Source: a virus
Taxonomy: Duplodnaviria; Caudoviricetes
Length of the DNA stretch: 32,853 nt
Strand: one strand, 5' to 3'
Virus record (IMG/VR): IMGVR_UViG_3300012953_007301
Location: 1 to 32,853 of that record
Below are positions 15,770-25,800 of the stretch, in pieces; position 1 is the first letter of the stretch; each line of letters begins with the position of its first letter. Under the pieces are notes generated by a model. It had not been told where the DNA came from, searched no databases, and saw only the letters and a program-made list of their open reading frames with translations. Both the position numbers and the translations under genes were made by a program.

Positions 15770-16021
15770 TTAAGGATTGAGAGTTTGTTTAAAATTCATC
15801 AATTTATCTTTGATTGATTTTTCTATTTGACAAATTCTCATTCTAGTTACACCAAAAATATCACCGATTTCTTGAAGGGTCTTAGGTCCTTCAGAGGCAG
15901 CAATTAAGGTACAGTTTTGTTCACAAGAATAATTGATCCAATATCTACAAGATTTTTTCTGGCAAGGAACATCGTATTTACCATGAACCTCAAAACATGC
16001 TAACTCTTTGTCTTTTCCCAT
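15770..16021 (-). CDS. Stand-alone sigma-70 region 4 HTH with Cys-rich N-terminus
   Basis: KTLQEIGDIFGVTRMRICQIEK matches the TLEEVG..FGVTRERIRQIE pattern; N-terminal C..C.C..C..C; 83 aa with no region 2. Confidence 0.85.
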   Translation of the reverse strand: MGKDKELACFEVHGKYDVPCQKKSCRYWINYSCEQNCTLIAASEGPKTLQEIGDIFGVTRMRICQIEKSIKDKLMNFKQTLNP

Positions 16022-16097
16022 ACGTCCCTTTTACCTTAAGCAAGTATCAAATAAATGATAATAGAAAATATTCAAATTTACAAAAAGAGGAAAATCT

Positions 16098-17390
16098 ATG
16101 AAAAGAAAAACATTCATTTTAGATACGAACGTCCTTCTTTATGACAAAACTTCCATACACTCATTTCCAGGAAACGATGTCGTTATTCCACTCCAAGTTT
16201 TAGATGAGCTAGACAGATTTAAAGAAAAGCCTGGTGTGGTCGGTGAGGCAGCTAGGTACGTTAACAGGCTGCTGGACAGCTTTAGAGATATTGGTCGGCT
16301 TGATGAAGGTATAACAATACCTGAAGAATACTCAAGGGATCAGACAATTAAAGTAATAATTGGCGAGCATACTGCTCCGTTTGGGTTAGCTGGGAATGCT
16401 GGTGACAATCTCATCATCGCGGCTACACTTTCCGAAGGAGCAGAAGACCCTGAGAAGGCTATTATCCTGGTGACCAAGGATATCAACCTGAGAGTTAAGT
16501 GCGATGCACTAGGGATACGTTCTGAGGACTATTACAAGGATCATATTGCTAGCGAAGATGTGGATTACTCGGGTTGTCATACAATGCTTCTTGATCAAGA
16601 CCGCGTTGATAAATTTTATCAAGAGAGTGAGATACATATTGGGGATGAGCACGGAATATTCCCTAATGAATATGTCTTGGTGAACGAAGGAGAGCACTCT
16701 AGCTTTATTGCGAGATATGAAGATGGGTTTCTTAATAAGCTCATTGGTGCGCCAGGTGGGATAGCTAAGATATCTCCAAAGAATAAAGAGCAGAGCTTTG
16801 CAATCGACGCCTTAATGCAGCCAACCATCCCTCTAGTTACGCTAACCGGTATCGCTGGCTCAGGAAAAACTTTTTTGACCTTAATGGCAGCCATGGACGG
16901 AGCCATGAGCAAGAAATACAGCAGAATCATAATCAGCCGATCCATCCAGACAGTCGGAAACGATATTGGATTTTTACCTGGTGATCTCAACGAAAAGATG
17001 GATCCATGGCTAGCTCCGATAAAAGATAACTTCCAAACGATGTTTAATGATATTACATACTTCGAAGCGATGAAAGACAAGGGCCAGATTGAAGTTGCAC
17101 CGCTAGCGTTCATCAGAGGCAGATCTTTTAACGATTCATTTGTAATTGTTGATGAGGCGCAAAATGCAACCGTTCATGAACTCAAGACCTTAATCACTCG
17201 AGTAGGAAAAAATTCTAAAATAGTTCTGTTAGGCGACACAGACCAGATTGACACTCCGTACATCGATAAAGTTTCCAATGGTCTATCTATTATAGTTGAT
17301 CGTTTTAAGAGAACAAACCTGGCTGCACATGTTCACATTCCCCATGGACAGAGATCAAATTTGGCTACTTTGGCATCCAATATTCTCTGA
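16098..17390 (+). CDS. phoH: PIN-PhoH (PhoH2/YlaK-type) ATPase
   Basis: PIN motifs ILDTNVLL, VLDELD, TKDINLR; PhoH motifs GIAGSGKT, GFLPG, IRGRSF, DEAQN, LLGDTDQID. Confidence 0.93.
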   Translation: MKRKTFILDTNVLLYDKTSIHSFPGNDVVIPLQVLDELDRFKEKPGVVGEAARYVNRLLDSFRDIGRLDEGITIPEEYSRDQTIKVIIGEHTAPFGLAGNAGDNLIIAATLSEGAEDPEKAIILVTKDINLRVKCDALGIRSEDYYKDHIASEDVDYSGCHTMLLDQDRVDKFYQESEIHIGDEHGIFPNEYVLVNEGEHSSFIARYEDGFLNKLIGAPGGIAKISPKNKEQSFAIDALMQPTIPLVTLTGIAGSGKTFLTLMAAMDGAMSKKYSRIIISRSIQTVGNDIGFLPGDLNEKMDPWLAPIKDNFQTMFNDITYFEAMKDKGQIEVAPLAFIRGRSFNDSFVIVDEAQNATVHELKTLITRVGKNSKIVLLGDTDQIDTPYIDKVSNGLSIIVDRFKRTNLAAHVHIPHGQRSNLATLASNIL

Positions 17391-17417
17391 TATATATTTA
17401 AGCTTGGAGGTTTTTGC

Positions 17418-17780
17418 ATGGCCAACAAGTCAACGACATTTCAAAAATATGACAGAAATAGATATAGAAAAATATACCCAGTTACAAGGTATCCTGTTTC
17501 CACATCTTACAGAACGACAGCAGAAGTTGTAATAGAATCGCTGCTGGTACAATTCGAGGTGACAGATAAAGTGACAGGAGCTATGGAGGGGTTTTATAAA
17601 TCAATGCCGACAATCACTCTCAGTGTTAGTACCATTGAAGAAAATGCGCATGAGAGTAACGTTAATGTTTTTATATCAGCGCTCAATCTGAATGCGACGA
17701 CAGGGGTAGTAACATTCACTCTGGAATCCAGCGCAGAGTTTACAGGAACGGTTGCGCTGCAAGTTATGGACATTAGATAA
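17418..17780 (+). CDS. Small beta-rich protein, probably virion or fibre associated
   Basis: GGAGG RBS at 17406; FYKSMPTITLSV..NVNVFI..VTFTL; first gene of the fibre block. Confidence 0.7.
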   Translation: MANKSTTFQKYDRNRYRKIYPVTRYPVSTSYRTTAEVVIESLLVQFEVTDKVTGAMEGFYKSMPTITLSVSTIEENAHESNVNVFISALNLNATTGVVTFTLESSAEFTGTVALQVMDIR

Positions 17781-18049
17781 TGCCTGGCGTTAGTTTTAGT
17801 AGAGCCCACGTCTGCTCAGGCACCGAAACTGTTCTGGCTGGTCATGCTTCACCCCGTTCTGTTGTTTTTGAAAAGCAGATGGAAGGGGTCCCAACGGTTA
17901 ATCTAATCTCTGTTGGATCGGCCCAAAATGTCATCGCTACGAACGTGACATCAAGCGGGTTCGACATAATACTTAGTTTAGACGGAACAAATGATAAGAA
18001 TGCATCATTCGACATTCACTACACAGCGATATATTATAGGGTAGATTAA
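17780..18049 (+). CDS. Small beta-sandwich (H-type lectin-like) fibre-associated protein
   Basis: TAATG overlap; SVVFEKQMEGVPTVNL...NVTSSGFDI...IHYTAI pattern typical of small fibre-tip modules. Confidence 0.6.
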   Translation: MPGVSFSRAHVCSGTETVLAGHASPRSVVFEKQMEGVPTVNLISVGSAQNVIATNVTSSGFDIILSLDGTNDKNASFDIHYTAIYYRVD

Positions 18050-18050
18050 G

Positions 18051-21000
18051 ATGGCAAGAGATTTTAGAACTAGGCAAATAAGGACTTCTATCGTAATTGG
18101 ATCAGGATCTGCAGAATCTTCGAAACCCCACTTAGGATTAGTCTTTTACTCTGCCAGCAAAGCTAGCGATTTTGAGGGGACTAGAAGGACCGGTGGGGGT
18201 GGTCCTATTTCTAATGAACACAAGACCGACTCTGCTAGCTCTTACTTAAATTTAACTCATGCCAAAATCGGGGATGACGTTTGGTGTCTTTTTGACGGAC
18301 ACCCAGCAAGCCAAGGTACGGAGCGTGGTCTTGATGCGACACAGCCGGCGGGTGGTAACCCTAGCGCTGCAGGTAACGTCGCACTGGCTGGTAACTCCTA
18401 CGGTTCAACAGTGTTATTTCTAGGGAACGTAACTGTTAGTGGTAGCCTTTACGCGGAAAGACAAGTCATAGAAGTTGATAATACTGTACCTGGTAATTTT
18501 GTCACTCCCTCTGCTTCTAGAGCTTATTTTGCAGGTGGGTTCCACGGTAACGGAACCTATAATCCATCCAGCCAGACTGGTGGTGTGACGATAGAGAATA
18601 CCGGGGATATAAGAGTTGATGGCTTTGTACAGACGAATATAATCAAAAACCATAACAGCTCAAACCTGACCATCGACACTGTAACTAACGGTGACATTAT
18701 AATGACTGCAGCTGGTGGTAACATTACGATGAGAGATGATGATCAGGCTCATGATATTTTTGATTTTAACGTTGCAAGCCCCTCTCTCACGATTTATGAT
18801 GACGCCGATGTAGACGGTGACAGAGACTATTTTAAGATTTCCGTTGATTTAAACGGCGTAACACAGCTATCTACTCATGCTGATGATGATTCTGTAGCTG
18901 CTCATATAACATTGTTAAGCGACGGTGATATCAATCTTGATACAACGAGCGGATACATTGGGTTTCGCCATGGATCAACAGATACTTCTGACGCAGCAGA
19001 CGAATTCGGATTCGTAAAACTTGAAGACGGTAGCAGTCTAAACGATTTTCAGTGGTACGGCTATGGAAATGGATCTAACGCAAACACACAACAATTGTTG
19101 TTTAGTTTCGTTGGTAGCAAAAAAGGAGCCACCACAGCAAAGCCCACATTTAGGTTTAACGAAGATATAAAACTTGAGTTTAGAGACGCTAACGTCTATA
19201 TACATTCTCATGAAGCTGATGGCGTAAAGATGGAAGCCACTGGCAACATGCTTATCGGATCCACGCTGGCAAACGAAAAGACTCTGACACTTGGGAACAC
19301 GGCTTCTACGCATATGCTACTCTCTCCTCACGGAACTGCTGGTAGCGAAAAGATTCTTATTAAAAATGCAGCGGGTGATACAGAGGCTGCAGCTGCGGAC
19401 GCTGCTATTAAGATAGAAGCTGCAGCGGGTGGCGTTACAATCGCTGCAGAAAAGAAAATAGTGCTTGAGGCTGATGGAGGTGTTACCGACATCACAGACA
19501 ATGGTGGGGTCAGGTTTAGATTCGATAGCCCCAACGATAGATTCTCCATCTTTAATAAAGATGGAGCTCAGGATTATTTTACAATTACATGTGGTACTGA
19601 CGGTGAGACCACACTTGCGAGCAACCACCATGAAGGTTCCGGTGCTCACATAGGTGCCAATATAAAAATTGACGCTGATGGTGATATCTATTTGGACCCT
19701 CACGGCGGTGACATAGCCATTCAGCATGCTGGTACTCTTCAAGGCTATTGGGGGTTGAATCAGGTCACAGCAGATGTAGCATGGTATGACGGTGATGCTC
19801 AAAGATTGTTTTCCATGGCGAATACAACGGCAGGCGGTACGGCTTCGTCTTTGAGAATGTCGACTAGCAAGAAGCTCGAGTTTCATGATGACTCTCAGTT
19901 TATTCATGCACCAAGCGATAACAACTTAATCATAAAAGCTCCATCCGCGCTTACGCTTGAGACTGACCAGTATGGTGCAATTTGTACCAGACCAGAAGGT
20001 ATTCACCTAGGTAATGCAGCTAGAAATGGTGTCGCATCGGTTAATGGAGAAAACTCTGAATATAGAATATTTGTTGCAACTGGAAGTATGGGTAGAGCTA
20101 GTGCTCAGGCTGCAGCAGATCCTTTTGATCAACTCGGTGGGAATGGAACTGATGGCTCTAAGTTTCATCCCTTAATCGCAGCTGGATCACTGGTTATATC
20201 AAACAGAAGCGCTCTCACCCCTGACCGGGATGGTGCTGGTGCGATCGTTTTCGATGGTAGCGCCACTTTCACCGCCGCCATTTTTCAAGATATTATGGTT
20301 CGTGGCAACCTAACCGTCCAGGGTGGAACAACAACATTGAACACTGAAACTATCACTTCGGTTGACCCTGTGATTGATATCGGTGGGGTTATAAATGATG
20401 CCGGTGATGGTAGCGCCGGTGGTAATGCTGATAATGACACTTACAACTCAACAGTAACCAGCGCTGAGGCAAATAAAGACCGTGGGCTTGTTATGCGCTA
20501 CTGGAACGGAAGCGCTAGCGCTACGGCTTTCATGGGTATTGATCCGGGTGCGGGATTTAAGTTCTTTAGTGCAGCGTCGGAGAGCTCCGGGGCTTATTCT
20601 GGGACGTATGGTGCATTGTATTTTAATCTTCTTCGTTTTCAAGATTCAACAGGAACTGAGAGAGGGTGGATGTACGCTGCTCCGGGTGGAAGTACCCACG
20701 CTGGTAATTTTATCTCGCTCATAGAGCAGGGCGGGGTGGTTCATCAAAGAAAGAAAAGCGGTGATGGGGGGCCGGCCGATAATACTGCTGCAGGTCCATT
20801 CTATCAGCTAACTAGACTTCAGAATAGTGCAGAATTAACAAGCGGACAAAACCTTGGAGAGATTCGGTTTGCTGAAGGTGAAGATGCAAATTTGAATATT
20901 TCTGCGCAAATCAACGCTACGGCCACAGATACGTGGAGCGGAAATGGAACATGCCCTGCTGAAATAGGTTTCTTGACTCGGTCCACGGATGCCGCGTCAT

Positions 21001-22814
21001 TAACCAAGAAGATGGTTGTCCGTCCGGACGGTAAGGTAGGTATAGGCGCCGCTGTTCCTGGTGCTCAATTAGAGGTATTAGCTGGTTCAGGAGCTCAGCT
21101 TAAACTCTCCTATGACGGCTCTAATGCTTCTACATTTACGGTCGCATCGGATGGCGATACGACGTGGACAGCAACAGATGCTATTATTGACGCCGCGGGT
21201 GATATTATTTTGGACGCTGATGGAGACCAGGTCTCAATCAAGTTCGGTGATGCTACGGGTCAGATTGATTTTACTCAGGCGAATTCAGGCGATGGAATAA
21301 TTCAGCAAAAAGTCGACGCAAAAGATCTTATCTTTCAGCAGTTTGACGGAAACGAAGTTATCCGTGTTGGTGACGATAGAAAGCTCTACTTCTTTGATAA
21401 AGGAGGCGAATACATCTCAGGTAATGGTACAGACCTAACAATCGACGCCGGTGGAGACATAACAATTGGAACAGCCACAACGAAGATAGAGTGGGGATCA
21501 GATTCTGGAGAGCACATCGTTGGAGACGGAAGTGATGGCCTTACAATGGCTTCAGGAGCAGCGATCAATCTTACTGCAGCTACCGACGTAAATCTTCCAG
21601 CGCAGGTCGGGTTAACTTTCGGTGCAGCTACTGAAAAGATTGAAGCTGACAGTAGTAATAACTTGTCAATCATCGCAGCTGGTGATATTGAGTTAAATGC
21701 CGCCGGTGGAGACATTACGCTTAAAAATGGTAGTAACACAGCATTCTCTATTAACACTACTACTGCCAATACCGGTATTATTAATGATCAGGCTGGCTCT
21801 GAAGTCTTTAGGATAACGAATAACCTGGTTAGAATGGCCAACGGTAAGAAGATTGAGTTTGGAGATGCTGGGGAATCTATCCATGGTGATACTAACGACT
21901 TAATCCTTACTTCTGGGCGACATGTTAACCTAGCTGGTTCTTCGGCACAATTAAATTTTGGTTCCAGTGATCACAGAATTTACTTAGATTCTAATGTGTT
22001 GAAGTTTAGAGACAGCGAAGTTACGACTCCGGTCACACTGGAAAGGTTGGTTGACGTTTCGCCGGCGAACGGCACACTATTTAGTATTGGTGACAGCGGA
22101 GAGAAGAGAGCTAAATCAACCGGTGGGATGGTAATTTCTTCGAGAGATAAGTACATGACCCAGGCTGCAATTTATGCCGACGGTACGCCAATACCAACAG
22201 ATTTGTTCTTTTATGTCGGCGATGACGCTGGCTCTAGAACCAACTCTGCCTTCAAGAACAATGTCGTAATCAGCGGCTCATTGCACATGGCAGATAATAC
22301 ACTCGCTACCGGGAATAATCCGTTAACAACCGGACGCGTCTTCCAGAATGCTGGACAGACCATATTCACTACAACAATTAATAATGGTTCCGGTGGAATG
22401 AGTGCCGAGGAACATTTCTGGCTCAAACCTGGATCAGCTGGTACTGGCGGGTTGTTCTTACATTCGAACAGGATGTTAGCATTCTCTGATAATGTGGCTA
22501 GCGGAGACGTGGCGTTAGCTATCCAGAGAGTGCTTCATACGGTGGAAGGTAACGCTAGCCAAAAGTGCATGCAGCATAAGGGGCATATAATTCCACAAGC
22601 GGATAATACGTTCAACTTAGGGACGGCCGACAGGCGGTTCGCTAATCTCTACACAGGAGACCTCCACCTCAATAATATGGGCTCCAGCAATGATGTTGAT
22701 GGAACTTCCGGTAACTGGACCATTCAAGAGGGTGAGGACAGTTTGTACGTAATTAACAATCTAACTGGAAAGCGGTTCAAGATGATGCTTCAACCGGTTG
22801 AGGACGGAGAATAA
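18051..22814 (+). CDS. Long tail fibre / receptor-binding-like protein (1587 aa)
   Basis: G/A/D/T/S-rich beta repeats (DI.L.A.GG.I), DGKVGIG, DRGLVMRY. The C-terminus GHIIPQADNTFNLG..RRFANLYTGDLHL..DGTSGNWTIQEGED resembles marine myovirus fibre ends (recalled, not searched). Confidence 0.82.
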   Translation: MARDFRTRQIRTSIVIGSGSAESSKPHLGLVFYSASKASDFEGTRRTGGGGPISNEHKTDSASSYLNLTHAKIGDDVWCLFDGHPASQGTERGLDATQPAGGNPSAAGNVALAGNSYGSTVLFLGNVTVSGSLYAERQVIEVDNTVPGNFVTPSASRAYFAGGFHGNGTYNPSSQTGGVTIENTGDIRVDGFVQTNIIKNHNSSNLTIDTVTNGDIIMTAAGGNITMRDDDQAHDIFDFNVASPSLTIYDDADVDGDRDYFKISVDLNGVTQLSTHADDDSVAAHITLLSDGDINLDTTSGYIGFRHGSTDTSDAADEFGFVKLEDGSSLNDFQWYGYGNGSNANTQQLLFSFVGSKKGATTAKPTFRFNEDIKLEFRDANVYIHSHEADGVKMEATGNMLIGSTLANEKTLTLGNTASTHMLLSPHGTAGSEKILIKNAAGDTEAAAADAAIKIEAAAGGVTIAAEKKIVLEADGGVTDITDNGGVRFRFDSPNDRFSIFNKDGAQDYFTITCGTDGETTLASNHHEGSGAHIGANIKIDADGDIYLDPHGGDIAIQHAGTLQGYWGLNQVTADVAWYDGDAQRLFSMANTTAGGTASSLRMSTSKKLEFHDDSQFIHAPSDNNLIIKAPSALTLETDQYGAICTRPEGIHLGNAARNGVASVNGENSEYRIFVATGSMGRASAQAAADPFDQLGGNGTDGSKFHPLIAAGSLVISNRSALTPDRDGAGAIVFDGSATFTAAIFQDIMVRGNLTVQGGTTTLNTETITSVDPVIDIGGVINDAGDGSAGGNADNDTYNSTVTSAEANKDRGLVMRYWNGSASATAFMGIDPGAGFKFFSAASESSGAYSGTYGALYFNLLRFQDSTGTERGWMYAAPGGSTHAGNFISLIEQGGVVHQRKKSGDGGPADNTAAGPFYQLTRLQNSAELTSGQNLGEIRFAEGEDANLNISAQINATATDTWSGNGTCPAEIGFLTRSTDAASLTKKMVVRPDGKVGIGAAVPGAQLEVLAGSGAQLKLSYDGSNASTFTVASDGDTTWTATDAIIDAAGDIILDADGDQVSIKFGDATGQIDFTQANSGDGIIQQKVDAKDLIFQQFDGNEVIRVGDDRKLYFFDKGGEYISGNGTDLTIDAGGDITIGTATTKIEWGSDSGEHIVGDGSDGLTMASGAAINLTAATDVNLPAQVGLTFGAATEKIEADSSNNLSIIAAGDIELNAAGGDITLKNGSNTAFSINTTTANTGIINDQAGSEVFRITNNLVRMANGKKIEFGDAGESIHGDTNDLILTSGRHVNLAGSSAQLNFGSSDHRIYLDSNVLKFRDSEVTTPVTLERLVDVSPANGTLFSIGDSGEKRAKSTGGMVISSRDKYMTQAAIYADGTPIPTDLFFYVGDDAGSRTNSAFKNNVVISGSLHMADNTLATGNNPLTTGRVFQNAGQTIFTTTINNGSGGMSAEEHFWLKPGSAGTGGLFLHSNRMLAFSDNVASGDVALAIQRVLHTVEGNASQKCMQHKGHIIPQADNTFNLGTADRRFANLYTGDLHLNNMGSSNDVDGTSGNWTIQEGEDSLYVINNLTGKRFKMMLQPVEDGE

Positions 22815-22817
22815 GAG

Positions 22818-25800
22818 ATGCCAATATACACAAGCGACGTTAAAAAAACTGGAGACGCAGAGGTTCATCACGCTGGAACGGGAGCGACTATAAACAATAA
22901 ATTTGTTTTTGTAGGATCCGGGAATAACGGAGTGCAGGCCCGAAGTAACATCGCTTTTACTTTGGGTGAGACCGGAGAAGCTGTCCCGACTGGAACTGAC
23001 GCTTATGTTGTGAGTCTAACCAACGGTGAACTTAAGTTGAACTCAGGGAATGCGGTGGCAAGCGGAAAAGTTGTGACCATCAGTTTCTGGGGTATCGCTG
23101 CAGGGCTCAATAAAGACGCTGGAAAAGGTTTCACAGCTGTCAGCGAAGACACCCCGGAAGATGGGGATAACCTTGTGGTACAGACAGCCGCTTCTAGCGA
23201 TTCTAGCTTTTCATCTCCCTCTGCTGTTCCAGTAAAATGGAAAAAATCGACTACCACGCTTGATCCAGCAGCTTTTTCTGACCTTACAGTTAATGGCACG
23301 ATCCAGGGCGCGGTCGGTGACTGGGCTCGTTATAGTGGAGGCGCACAAAACGAAAATGCCGATGGTGCGCTGAAACTAGCTGCGTATAAAATAACTTTTA
23401 AAACCGCAGCTAGCAATCTTATCAGGCTAAACAGTATCGGGGGTAGTAACGGCGCCGATCATAAGTTCTTATATGATCTAAAAGTCATTATAGAAGATCA
23501 TGATGATGAAACTACCAGTAAGGTTGCTTCTCGTGAATCACTAACCCTACAAATTGATAAAGACTCCACTTCCCACCCAAGTACCGCAAAGTTCAGCTTT
23601 GTTGCTGGGGATGCTGCAACTGAAGTAGCTAATATCGATGAATCAGGCGGCATGACGATTGCCGGTGATTTGACTGTGAGCGGTAATGATATTCAAGGCT
23701 CAGCAGGAGGGACTGCTATCACTTTTGACGGCTCAGGTCGTACAGAAATTGTTAATGATTTGACTGTGAGCGGGGCGCTCATACCTTCCAGCGTAATCGG
23801 TTGCGCCAACAAATCCGGAAATAACCAGGCGGGCCAGGCACTAACTATTAAAGGTGGTGCTGGTACCGGTACAGGGGTTGGCGGCTCAGTGGTGATTCAA
23901 GTCGCTGACGGTGGAACATCTGGTACTAGTGTTAACTCACATGCGACCGCTGTGACAATTGCCGATGATAAAAAGACGACTTTCGCAGGGAATGTAAGCA
24001 TCACCGGTAACATAGTTGATTCTCTAACTGTAGCTAATGATCTCACAGAGTTTACTTCTGCAAACACCGGGGACCCATTAATCAGAATTAAAAATACTAC
24101 TAATGATGCCGCCTCAGCCAGACTTCAGTTTTTTAAAGATAGGAATGGGGCTCATGGTGCAGACGACGATGTTATAGGTACCATATTATTCACCTCAGAA
24201 GATAGCGTGGGTAATGGTACGAATTATTCTGAAATCACTAGTGATATTAGAGATTCGGCAGATGGCGGTGAGACGTCCCGTATGACATTTAAGGTGGCCG
24301 CTAATACGGCGTCTCCACTGTACCAAGGTATACAGATAAGAGGCTCAACGGTTACGGTTGGAAAGGTTGACATAGATCTAGGTCTCCACTCATCTAGCCT
24401 TGTTACGGTTGCTGGTGACTTACAAGTTACCGGTAATGATATTAAGCAAGATGATGGCACGACATGTATTACACTGGGAACTGCCAACAGTGTAACGGCG
24501 AATGGAAACGTCGGGATCGCTGGAGCATTACATACTGCTGGACCTCTCACAACGGGTGTTAGCACACAACATAAGATCCTTGGAACTTTGGAAACGGGTG
24601 AATTGAAGGTGTTGGGCGCGGCGAAACAAGTAACACTAACTGGGATCGACAGTGTCAACTTCACCACCGATGAAGAGCTTTTTCTTCTAGCCTTTCGAAA
24701 CTCCGAAGAACTAAGCGGTGCAAATTCTCATGCTACAGGTTACATCAAGCTTATAGCCACGGAGGGTTTTAGCTATGCTAATAACAATGCAGGATCAAGG
24801 TTAGAATTTTGGTTAAACGACATAGGTACAGCAGCTCCCAAGAGGAAATACCTCTTCGGTGAGAATGAACTAGTTATTAGACAACACTCTACAGATAACA
24901 CCAAAATACCAAAGATTTCGTTGCGGTATCATAAGACAGATGGTATCGCCGCTGGGGATGACATTGGACAAATCGAGTGGTACGGCTCGGAGAGCGCGAA
25001 TGATGACAGCGAAGGTAGAATGGGATACATCTTTGTAGAAGCTAGTCAGGCTTTTACTAACTCTCATAGAGGAGCAAAGATGAAATTTGGTGTGGCTAGC
25101 GATAACGCGAGCGATGCTACTAACAAAATGGTGCTTGATCAAGGCGGCAATCTGCAAATAGATGGTGATCTAACTGTTTCTGGTAATGATATTAATTGTG
25201 ATACGTTTAGGGGAACCGGGCTTTATAGCACCGGTGCGCTTACCCTACAAGCCGCCCAAGGCCTTTCAATGAATTTAGGGGCGGATGAAGAGTTTGAAAT
25301 TAAAGATGACGGAGTGACAAAATTTACTTTTGATACTGATGACACTCCGTCATTGGACGTGGTAGGCGATTTTACGATTGCCGCAATTAGGAGATCGGGG
25401 CAGACGGATGGAGAAATCCTCTTAAACACCGGTGACGCGGCCAGTGCATCCGGCTCCGGCGTAGTCAGATTCGGAAATATGGGCAGTTACCCTATTATCG
25501 CTGACGTATCCGGATACGTCGACAATGGTTCAAACACACTCAGCGTGAATGTTAATATTAGTGCTGGGGCTGATTCCCACGATTCCAATGCGAGACTGGC
25601 AGTTGGTGAATCGAGCGCGGGTAGACAGACCGATAGAGGGTTACCCGGAAGGAGTTCCTGGTACGGACATACTTTTGAGTATAACAACGCTCAAGACAAA
25701 TCTTTTATCTATTCGTACTACGGGAATAGTCACAAAGACTTAGCAATGACAATACCCTTAACTCAGGGTACAACTCCAAACATAACGATGGAGGGGACTA

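Noticed and set aside
6184-17390. Bacterial chromosome or eukaryotic giant virus origin
   Set aside because: Host-like genes lack their usual chromosomal neighbours and are mixed with phage-type ORFans and fibres. Shine-Dalgarno motifs and overlapping operonic genes argue against a eukaryotic virus. This is not fully excluded, because no hallmark capsid gene is in the window.
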